Shown: one piece after another, positions 24,902 to 32,000 of the stretch
Layout: each line of letters opens with the position of its first letter
Position numbering within the stretch: the first letter of the stretch is position 1
Assembly: GCA_016840465.1 (NCBI GenBank)
Contig: JAEOSH010000003.1
Location: forward strand, 60,176 to 92,175
Source: Candidatus Baldrarchaeum yapensis
Lineage (GTDB): Archaea > Asgardarchaeota > Baldrarchaeia > Baldrarchaeales > Baldrarchaeaceae
Direction: 5' to 3'
Length of the DNA stretch: 32,000 nucleotides
Notes under the pieces: generated by a model
The model's input: the letters and a program-made list of their open reading frames with translations, nothing else
What the model was told of the DNA's origin: nothing
Databases searched by the model: none
Made by a program: the position numbers and the translations under genes

Positions 24902-27272
24902 TTTTCATCACCAACTCGGAACCTATCGGACCCAACTTCTTGAGTTCTTCAACAAACTCCCTGACTATGTTTGCGAATCTCTCTCCTTCGGATGCCGAAG
25001 TGCTTGCGATTTTCAATCTGCGTGGATTAATCCCCACATTCTCAAGATACTTTTTGAGCGCAGAAATTCGTCTCTCGGCCTTTGAAAAACCTGTCCTGTA
25101 ATGGCAATCCTGAGGATGACAACCAACCACAAGGACTCCATCAGCTCCCGCCTTAAACGCCTCTAATATCATGAGGGGACTGACCCTTGCTGTGCACATG
25201 ACCCTTATCGGTCTAATGTTGGTTGGGTATTGTATTTTTGTGGTTCCTGCGAAATCAGCAGCCGCATAACCACACCAATTGCATAAGAATGCAACTATGA
25301 GGGGGAATTCGCATTTGTTTTCCAATGTTGCATGTATTTGGGCAATTATCTGTTGATTTGTGAAGTAAGGCATATCTAACGCGCCTGTGGGACAAGCGGC
25401 AACACAGGCGCCACATCCCAAGCAGGCACTTGAGTTTATGATAACCCCTTTCTCTTTATCGAATGTCAAAGCCCCCCAATCGCAGGCCTCCTCACAAAGC
25501 CTGCATCGCTTACATAGATCTGGATTATACGTCGGGACGTAGGGATCCAATTCTATTTTTTCGTGTAGCACAAAGTTCGCTGCATCGAGTGCGGCAGATT
25601 TGGAGTGTGCAACCGTGTCCTGAATGTCCTTAGGACCTTGAATTGTACCCGCAATGTAAATTCCCTGTATCATGGTCTCTGAAGGGGCAAGCTTCGGATG
25701 CCGCTCGAGGAGAAACCCATCAGAGGATTGAGAAATTCCTAGCATTCGTGCCAAGTCCTCGGTATCAGAGGGAGGAACCAGTCCCACGGACAATACCACG
25801 AGATCAGCATTTATTTCCATGATTTCCCCAGTAAGCGTGTTCTCTGCTCTAACTATGAGATCATCGCCGTTTTCATTTGCGGTGACCGAACTCGCCCTAC
25901 CTCTTATTATCTTTATTCCGAAATCTCTCATTGCTTTCAGCAAGAACTCCTCATACCCCTTTCCATACGTTCGTATATCCTGGAAGAGTATGAACACCTC
26001 GGCATCAGGTATCCTTTCCTTAATGCAAATAGCCTCCTTTATGCTGGCCGTACAACAGATCCTAGAACAATAGGGGTTGCCTACGCTTTCGTCCCTACTC
26101 CCAACACACTGGATGAACACGATCCTTCTGGGTTCCTTTCCGTTCGATAACCTGACCACACGTCCGCGCGTTGGGCCACTGGGGCTGAGCAACCTTTCGA
26201 GTTCTAGTGATGTTATAACATCGGGATACCTTCCGTAGCCGTACTCGCTCTTAAGTCGGGCATCAAAGGTTTCATAACCCGTGGCCACAATAATTGCACC
26301 AACATGAATCCTTATCCTTTCTGGCGTTTGATTGAAATCTATTGCATCGCGTTCACACGCATCTTCACAGTTTCTACAACCTATGCAATGATCTGGGTCT
26401 ATCACCGCGAGCAGAGGGACTGCTTGCGGAAACGGTAGATATATTGCCTTTCTTGGCCTCAGTCCCATGTCAAACTCGTTAGGGACCTCCACAGGACATG
26501 TTTTTGAACAAATTTCTATGCATCCGACGCATTTCTCCTCATTTACGTAACGTGGTCGTTTCAGTATCTCTACCTCGAAGTCCCCCGGTCTTCCCTTAAT
26601 GCTTGTTACCTCCGATAACGTTAGGACTTTTATCATAGGATGCTCCGAAACCTCGCTCATGAGAGGGGCCAGTATGCAAATTGAGCAGTCAAGAGTCGGG
26701 AAAAGCTTGTCGAGCATAGCCATATGCCCGCCCAGCGTCGGTTGCTTTTCGACGAGATAAACCTCAATTCCGAGACTTGCAAGGGAGAGTGCAGCCGTTA
26801 TTCCAGCGACTCCTCCGCCTATTACTAGAACTCTTTTCTTCGCACGTGCGTATCTGCGCTGTATTGGGGTTAGAAGCCTTGCCTTTTCGATTCCCATCTT
26901 TATCAGAGCAATAGCCTTGTTTGTCGCGGCGGTTGGAGAATACATGTGAGGCCAAGAGCATTGTTCACGAATATTCACAAATTCTACCAGAAACGGATTC
27001 AAACCCGCCTCTTCTGCTGCTCTTCTAAAAAGTCTCTCATGAAGCCGCGGGCTGCATGCCGCTATTACAACTTTTGATAATTTTTCCTCTGCTATTTTCC
27101 TTTTCAACTCATTAAGCCCTTCCTTGCTACATAGGTACGTGTGATCCATCACGAAAACGTTGGGGGCCCTCGCTATTTCGTTTAGAACCCGCTTGATGTC
27201 TATTACTCCGGCAATGTTCGATCCGCAATGGCATATGAAAACTCCTATTTTGTCGCTGTCCATATACTTCAT
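24891..27272 (-). CDS. hdrA: Heterodisulfide reductase subunit A fused to C-terminal MvhD [2Fe-2S]
   Basis: IGVFICHCG, AACSP, NIREQCSW, FAD motif VIGGGVAG, DKLFPTLDCSIC, inserted ferredoxins, ELERL, IQCVGSRD, YCSRICC...IKE, C-terminal ferredoxins; then the MvhD motifs FLCNWCGY, RVMCTARV and GCHPQDCHY. Confidence 0.96.
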   Translation of the reverse strand: MKYMDSDKIGVFICHCGSNIAGVIDIKRVLNEIARAPNVFVMDHTYLCSKEGLNELKRKIAEEKLSKVVIAACSPRLHERLFRRAAEEAGLNPFLVEFVNIREQCSWPHMYSPTAATNKAIALIKMGIEKARLLTPIQRRYARAKKRVLVIGGGVAGITAALSLASLGIEVYLVEKQPTLGGHMAMLDKLFPTLDCSICILAPLMSEVSEHPMIKVLTLSEVTSIKGRPGDFEVEILKRPRYVNEEKCVGCIEICSKTCPVEVPNEFDMGLRPRKAIYLPFPQAVPLLAVIDPDHCIGCRNCEDACERDAIDFNQTPERIRIHVGAIIVATGYETFDARLKSEYGYGRYPDVITSLELERLLSPSGPTRGRVVRLSNGKEPRRIVFIQCVGSRDESVGNPYCSRICCTASIKEAICIKERIPDAEVFILFQDIRTYGKGYEEFLLKAMRDFGIKIIRGRASSVTANENGDDLIVRAENTLTGEIMEINADLVVLSVGLVPPSDTEDLARMLGISQSSDGFLLERHPKLAPSETMIQGIYIAGTIQGPKDIQDTVAHSKSAALDAANFVLHEKIELDPYVPTYNPDLCKRCRLCEEACDWGALTFDKEKGVIINSSACLGCGACVAACPTGALDMPYFTNQQIIAQIHATLENKCEFPLIVAFLCNWCGYAAADFAGTTKIQYPTNIRPIRVMCTARVSPLMILEAFKAGADGVLVVGCHPQDCHYRTGFSKAERRISALKKYLENVGINPRRLKIASTSASEGERFANIVREFVEELKKLGPIGSELVMKSAG

Positions 27273-27379
27273 CTCTTGAAAATAGTGGATTGTGTGCCAC
27301 CTTGTTGAAAGTAAATAAATGGAACCATATACGTATTTCTGACACTGACCTCCGGTTCATATTCCAGAGGTGTAAGAGT

Positions 27380-27844
27380 TTGAAGCCGTCTCCTCTCGAG
27401 ATATATAAACTACTTCCGAAGACAAATTGCAAAAAATGTGGTTTGCCAAACTGTATGGCATTTGCCGTGAGATTACTGAGCGGTCAGGCAAAAATAGAGG
27501 ACTGCCCCGACCTCGTAGAGAGGGAGGAGTTCAGAGAGAATTATGAAAAACTTAAGGAGTTGCTGGGAGAAAGACCAGCAGCAGAAGTATCATTACCGAG
27601 AATAGATAATGAGGAGGCATGCAATGGATGTGGTATCTGTGTGGTGGTTTGCCCTGCGAATGCTAGGGCAGACCCGGAGGTTGGTAGCGGAAAGGGGGCA
27701 TCCCGAAAGGAAGGTCTCATTTTCGTGGTTGTTAATGGAAAAGTCAAGATAATGGATATAAGTAAGTGCAGGAGACAGGAAGATTTGACAACGTGTCGTG
27801 TGTGCGAGGAGTTCTGCCCAAATAATGTCATAAAAATAGGTTAA
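27380..27844 (+). CDS. fwdG: FwdG-like ferredoxin with an N-terminal small Fe-S domain (AcsC/RnfB N-terminal type)
   Basis: 'LLPKTNCKKCGLPNCMAFA...CP' followed by CNGCGICVVVCPANA...GKG and C..TTCRVCEEFCP. TTG start at 27380 after GAGGTG (ORF track gives 27290). Confidence 0.75.
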   Translation: MKPSPLEIYKLLPKTNCKKCGLPNCMAFAVRLLSGQAKIEDCPDLVEREEFRENYEKLKELLGERPAAEVSLPRIDNEEACNGCGICVVVCPANARADPEVGSGKGASRKEGLIFVVVNGKVKIMDISKCRRQEDLTTCRVCEEFCPNNVIKIG

Positions 27845-27866
27845 AACATAGGAGGTATGCAAAAAT

Positions 27867-29159
27867 ATGAGATCATTTCACAATGTCATATGTACGGGCT
27901 GTTCTCTCCTCTGTGATGACATACAGGTCACTGTCGAGGGCTCGCACATAAAAGAGATTTTAAACGCATGTTCAAAAGGATGCTCAAGGTTCGTTTCGGA
28001 TCCAAAAGAGGGCAGATTATTGTCTCCCTTAATAAAGAGGAATGGTCGAGCCGAAAAGGCAAGCCTCGAGGACGCCGTAAAAGAGACCGTTGAAATACTA
28101 AAGACTTCCGATAGACCTCTGCTTTATGGCTGGAGCAACTGCGTATCGGAAGCTCAAATACTGGGGATAAAAATAGCACGAAAAATCAGAGGAGCAATAG
28201 ACGCAACATCCAGCTTTTGCCAAGGCGTCGTATACCTCGCAGCGTGCGAGGCAAAGGGGTATCACACAGTATCCTTGGGCGAGGTATTTAACAGAGCGGA
28301 TCTACTCGTGTTTTGGGGATGTAACCCTGCTGATGCTCATCTCAGGCACTTCAGTAGGTATACTTTCTTTCCACGTGGTAGATACAGACAAACGGGGTTT
28401 GAAGAGCGAGATAGTATCCTTATCGACGTTAGGGAAAGCGGATCAGCAAAAATTGCAAGGACACCATTGATCATAGAGCCAGAAACTGATTACGAGTTAA
28501 TACAGACAATAAGGGCGATTATTAAGGGACACGAAATTCTACATGGAAAAGTCTCCGGTGTAGACTTTGAAAAAGTAAAATCCATTGCGGATAAAATGGT
28601 CAACTCCAGATTTTGTGTAATATTCTATGGGCTGGGCCTATCCGGAACGAAAGGTACTTATAGAAACGTCTCCGCCCTTCTCTCCCTCGTTGACGACATA
28701 AACAGGAGAGGAACCCGTTGCGCAGTAATTCCTATGGCGGGGCATTTTAACATGGTTGGATTTAACAGGGTGCTCCTCGAGTTGACCGGATACCCGTATG
28801 GTGTGGACTTTCATGACGGTAGCGCTTACTGGAACCCAGGTGAAACCACCGCTTTTGATCTATTGAAAAAGGAAGAAGTCGATGCTCTCGTGGTCGTAGG
28901 TGCGGATCCTGTCTCCCACTTTCCGCGGAAAATTGCAAAGTACATATCAGAAATTCCAACTATCTACATAGGGCCTCACGTGACGCCCACCTCAGCCGTA
29001 AGCAGAGTCTCTATACCGGCGACAATAGCCGGTATAGAACAGGAGGGGGTTGCGTATAGACTCGATGGTCTTCCGCTAAAACTTAAAAAGATAGCAGATC
29101 CGCCGGATGGCGTAATTCCCGACGTAGCCATACTTGAGGCGATCCTTAAGCGCCTATAG
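27867..29159 (+). CDS. fwdB: Formylmethanofuran dehydrogenase subunit B-like W/Mo-bis-MGD protein with altered active-site residues
   Basis: CTGCSLLCDD/ACSKG [4Fe-4S], LYGWSN, SSFCQG, NRADLLVFWGCNP..AHLRHFSRY, PMAGHFN, VVGADP..HFP, YRLDGLP. Confidence 0.88.
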   Translation: MRSFHNVICTGCSLLCDDIQVTVEGSHIKEILNACSKGCSRFVSDPKEGRLLSPLIKRNGRAEKASLEDAVKETVEILKTSDRPLLYGWSNCVSEAQILGIKIARKIRGAIDATSSFCQGVVYLAACEAKGYHTVSLGEVFNRADLLVFWGCNPADAHLRHFSRYTFFPRGRYRQTGFEERDSILIDVRESGSAKIARTPLIIEPETDYELIQTIRAIIKGHEILHGKVSGVDFEKVKSIADKMVNSRFCVIFYGLGLSGTKGTYRNVSALLSLVDDINRRGTRCAVIPMAGHFNMVGFNRVLLELTGYPYGVDFHDGSAYWNPGETTAFDLLKKEEVDALVVVGADPVSHFPRKIAKYISEIPTIYIGPHVTPTSAVSRVSIPATIAGIEQEGVAYRLDGLPLKLKKIADPPDGVIPDVAILEAILKRL

Positions 29160-29181
29160 GTAACATTGCACGGGAACGAAA

Positions 29182-30144
29182 ATGAAGCTAAATCCCCCAA
29201 TAAGTATTAAAGATGCTAAGAAGATTCTGTCTGCACCGGATCAGGAGTTAAAGGCTCTCATGGAACATGCGAGGAAAGTCGCGGAGGATATCCATGGGCC
29301 GAACATTACTTTCTATGTACCAGGTAATAGCTTCCCAGCAATTTCGATAACTGGAACGAAGTGCTGGCTGCTATGTAAGCATTGTGTTGGGCATTACTTA
29401 AAGGGAATGATACCAGCAACAACTCCAGACGAGTTTCGAGAACTCTGTGTAAGACTCTGGAAAAGGGGGGCAAAGGGCTGTCTCATAAGTGGTGGTTACA
29501 CACGCTTCGGTGCACTTCCAATAGAATCTTTCTTTGAGGCAATAAAGTATGTGAAGAAAAACACAAAATTGCTACTAAATGTCCATCCCGGGTTTTTATC
29601 ACGTAATTCAATAATGCGTTTGGTGCAATGCGGCATCGATGCGGCATCGATAGATGTTGTGGGAAGTGAAGAAACAACAAAACAAGTATATGGCATCAGT
29701 AAGGATCCTCAAAGCTATGATAAATTATTATGCGAATTTAAAACGGCAGGAGTACCAATATTAGCCCCACACGTCTGTATAGGATTACATTTTGGTAAGC
29801 TACTCGGGGAACTTCATGCTCTTTCAATAATAAGGAATCATGAACCATCGGTTCTCGTATTCATAATCTTTACACCGACTCGTGGAACTCCCATGGAGGC
29901 GTGCAGTCCTCCGAACATTAAGGATGTTATCAGGCTCATTGTAGCCGCACGTCTGATGATGCCAGGTGTTCCGATATCCCTAGGATGTATGAGACCTAAG
30001 GGAACGTATAGAAGGGTTCTAGACGAAGTGTGCATGAGGGCAGGCGTTAACAGAATAGTTATACCGAGTGGGGTTGCATTAGATGTGGCTCGCGATCTGG
30101 GCTATGAGGTGTTAAGTAAAGATTTATGTTGTGTTTTCGCATGA
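29182..30144 (+). CDS. lipS1: Radical SAM protein, LipS1-type archaeal lipoyl synthase subunit
   Basis: CxxxCxxC (CWLLCKHC) preceded by FPAISITG; GCLISGG; LNVHPG; PHVCIGL; ISLGCMRP; C-terminal LCC. GC(M/A)R and CC are the auxiliary-cluster motifs I recall for T. kodakarensis LipS1. Confidence 0.78.
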   Translation: MKLNPPISIKDAKKILSAPDQELKALMEHARKVAEDIHGPNITFYVPGNSFPAISITGTKCWLLCKHCVGHYLKGMIPATTPDEFRELCVRLWKRGAKGCLISGGYTRFGALPIESFFEAIKYVKKNTKLLLNVHPGFLSRNSIMRLVQCGIDAASIDVVGSEETTKQVYGISKDPQSYDKLLCEFKTAGVPILAPHVCIGLHFGKLLGELHALSIIRNHEPSVLVFIIFTPTRGTPMEACSPPNIKDVIRLIVAARLMMPGVPISLGCMRPKGTYRRVLDEVCMRAGVNRIVIPSGVALDVARDLGYEVLSKDLCCVFA

Positions 30145-30350
30145 GGCCTCGAAGACGGTTCTCCGAATAAAATAACCGCATCCGTTGGGCAAACAGCCTT
30201 ACACACTCCGCATTCTAAACATGCATCTGGTTCTTTCACAACCGCCTTTGACGGGCATCCGACAAGTTTAATTGCCGGAGGAACTGATGGACAAAGGTCT
30301 ACGCACTTACCGCATCCGGAGCACTTCTCTGGTATTATGATTGGTGGCAA
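30102..30350 (-). CDS. 2x[4Fe-4S] ferredoxin
   Basis: CSGCGKCVDLCP and CLECGVCKAVCP; TTG start. Confidence 0.88.
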   Translation of the reverse strand: MPPIIIPEKCSGCGKCVDLCPSVPPAIKLVGCPSKAVVKEPDACLECGVCKAVCPTDAVILFGEPSSRPHAKTQHKSLLNTS

Positions 30351-30373
30351 GGGTTATACCTCTAATTTAAGCA

Positions 30374-30832
30374 CTACGTTTTTCCGAGAAGTTGCTTAAA
30401 CTCTTTTAACAGGTCCTTGTATAGTTGCCCTCTAGAGGGAGATGGAGGAGCTTTAGGAGCTGGAGGTGGTGAGGGTTGAGGCGCTGCTGGCGGGGGTGAA
30501 GGCGTAGTGGTTTGAGAAGATTGTGTTTGTGCAGGGCTCATGGAAGCAGGTGAAGCGGATGGAGAAGGTGGAATCGTGACTTGGCTTTGAGCCCGAGGCA
30601 TTGCCGGTGCTGTGGCATATTGAGGTGTAGCTTGTGGCTGGGGTGATTGTTGCGGCGATACTCTAGTTTCGAGCCCTCTCAACCTCTTCTCTATGGAATC
30701 TATCCTTTGGGAAAATTCATTGCGCATTTCCATCATTATTTCTCCGAGTAATGGTACGATTATATTTCTAACTACCTCCAACATCTGTTCCATCACTATT
30801 TTCTGTACCCTTTTTTCTAGATCCTCGGACAT
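30374..30832 (-). CDS. Hypothetical protein: N-terminal coiled coil, Pro/Gln/Ser-rich linker, C-terminal amphipathic helix
   Basis: ATG start, coding-like composition, same strand as the ferredoxin and 23 bp upstream of it; about 75 aa low-complexity P/Q/S/A tract. Confidence 0.75.
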   Translation of the reverse strand: MSEDLEKRVQKIVMEQMLEVVRNIIVPLLGEIMMEMRNEFSQRIDSIEKRLRGLETRVSPQQSPQPQATPQYATAPAMPRAQSQVTIPPSPSASPASMSPAQTQSSQTTTPSPPPAAPQPSPPPAPKAPPSPSRGQLYKDLLKEFKQLLGKT

Positions 30833-31135
30833 TTATAACAGACTCCATTCACTTGGATAAGCCAGCAAACATCGATTTAATGGGGTTACTCCAACTGTAA
30901 AATATAATGCTATTCGCCTAATTAATTTTCTCCAAGTGAACGAGATTGTAAACTGAAGAATCTGGGGCCGCTAGTAGGTAATAAGATCCAGCATTAAAGT
31001 GTCTAAATGACAAAATGAGTCGATGTGCCACCTCTTCACTTCGTAAAAATCTTTTAAAGCCGTTTGTCACAATTTCGATTTGCGCGCGGAACAACGATTG
31101 TAAAAGAAAAATAAGCAGATGCTTGGGAGTGTGAA

Positions 31136-31936
31136 ATGACGCACAAGGAATGTTTTTCACATGAAAAGCACGACATATACTCGAATTTCAAAAAATTCGA
31201 AATGTTTTCGGTCATTTATGCACCACCAGACACCCCGTGTATTGTGAGATGTGACGGTAGAAACTTCCATCGACTGACAGATGAGGTTGGATTCTCGAAG
31301 CCGTATGACCTGAAATTCATGAAGATAATGGTTGAAAGTGCAAAAGCCGTGTTTAAAGAGGGCTTCAACCCGATACTCGCTTATATTTTCTCGGATGAGA
31401 TAAATTTCCTCTTTCGAGATCTTCCCTTTAATAGAAGAGTTGAGAAAATAGATAGCATCTTGGCAAGTATTGTAAGTAGTGCCTTCTCACTAAAATTACT
31501 TGAATCTATGAGCATTAGGAAGATAATAAGTTTTGACGCACGTATAGTACCTCTGCCCGAAGAATTAGTACCTGCATACTTTATATGGCGGCAATCAGAA
31601 TGCTGGCGGAACCTTCTAAATTCATACGCCTTCTATTCTCTCTTAAAACTCGGATACAGCAAAAGAAAGGCAGCAAACACACTAAAGGGTATGAAGAGCG
31701 ACAAACTTCACGAAATAATATTCAAAACCTCTGGAATAAACCCGGCACGAACCCCCCTGTGGCAACGAAGAGGAGTTATGCTACACTATGTAAAAGTAAT
31801 AAGACGGGCTCTTGACAAGAGGACCGGAGAAGAAGTGCTTTGTACACGTAAGGTTCTTGTAGAAAACTGGAACGTCCCGCTATTTTCAAGTGAACCCGGC
31901 AGGAAGTTCTTGGAAAAAATAATACGCATTTTGTAA
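31136..31936 (+). CDS. thg1: tRNA(His) guanylyltransferase Thg1 / Thg1-like protein
   Basis: IVRCDGRNFHRLT, KPYD, YIFSDEINFLF, FDARI, YFIWRQSECWRN, WQRRG. The start may be ATG 31202. Confidence 0.94.
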   Translation: MTHKECFSHEKHDIYSNFKKFEMFSVIYAPPDTPCIVRCDGRNFHRLTDEVGFSKPYDLKFMKIMVESAKAVFKEGFNPILAYIFSDEINFLFRDLPFNRRVEKIDSILASIVSSAFSLKLLESMSIRKIISFDARIVPLPEELVPAYFIWRQSECWRNLLNSYAFYSLLKLGYSKRKAANTLKGMKSDKLHEIIFKTSGINPARTPLWQRRGVMLHYVKVIRRALDKRTGEEVLCTRKVLVENWNVPLFSSEPGRKFLEKIIRIL

Positions 31937-32000
31937 TCTGCTAGCCGCTAAGATCACGATCTACGCTCTATCGCGAGCTCGTACTTTAACTTCACAATGC

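Noticed and set aside
20006-29159. Reading the hdr/fwd genes as proof of methanogenesis
   Set aside because: No mcr, mtr, ftr or mch genes are in the window, the Fwd catalytic residues appear altered, and Hdr/Fwd are common in non-methanogenic anaerobic archaea.
24891-29159. Selenocysteine recoding in HdrA, MvhD or FwdB
   Set aside because: The ORFs are uninterrupted and the relevant positions are Cys codons (e.g. TGC at 28218); there is no in-frame TGA.
29182-30144. Biotin synthase BioB
   Set aside because: There is no bio gene context, and the GCMR plus terminal CC motifs fit LipS1 better.
30918-31160. 80-aa minus-strand ORF between the Pro-rich gene and thg1
   Set aside because: It overlaps the possible thg1 start and the divergent promoter region, with no motif or SD; it cannot be supported.
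232-31815. Numerous antisense or alternate-frame ORFs (e.g. 232-582, 3009-3485, 3711-4352, 4100-4471, 8698-9084, 9136-9567, 11447-11944, 14571-14942, 17379-17840, 20962-21384, 23796-24140)
   Set aside because: They are shadows of well-supported genes, with no motifs or SD sites and compositions typical of reverse-strand translation.
1-32000. CRISPR array, rRNA, or long direct repeats
   Set aside because: No regularly spaced repeats or rRNA-like sequence were seen; nearly all of the window is explained by coding genes.
31937-32000. 3' end of a minus-strand gene at the window edge (possible ...IVKLKYELAIERRS*)
   Set aside because: Too short to identify or to choose a frame.

Overview
Archaeal chromosomal window from an anaerobic, probably thermophilic organism. 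The lineage cannot be fixed from sequence alone; a TACK- or Asgard-type archaeon is my inference. It shows strong GGAGGTG-type Shine-Dalgarno sites and frequent TTG/GTG starts, with no recognisable mobile element or CRISPR array. The flanks are housekeeping: 5'-truncated glyS, a double-psi-barrel protein, a beta-CASP RNase, a Get3/ArsA ATPase, A/V-ATPase subunits H and E, tRNA-Arg(CCG) with a 17-nt BHB intron, a GNAT, and Thg1. About 25 kb (5.0-30.4 kb) is an energy-metabolism island with three parts. (i) An 11-gene complex-I-like group 4 [NiFe]-hydrogenase with intact Ni-binding motifs, split into J/K/L/antiporter and A/B/C/D/H/I halves. (ii) Between the halves, on the opposite strand, a gcvH/LbpA-like - lipoate ligase - hdrC - hdrB - DUF2096 run. 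(iii) A second hdrCB, an hdrA-mvhD fusion co-transcribed with an 8x[4Fe-4S] FwdF, and fwdD/A/G/B homologues. By recalled consensus, FwdB lacks the His and Arg used for CO2/formate chemistry and FwdA lacks its carboxy-Lys; no fwdC is in the window, and a LipS1-type lipoyl synthase follows fwdB. The best novelty candidates are a lipoyl-protein-linked heterodisulfide reductase system and a catalytically remodelled Fwd-like W/Mo enzyme wired to HdrA. All family assignments come from recalled motifs, not database searches.
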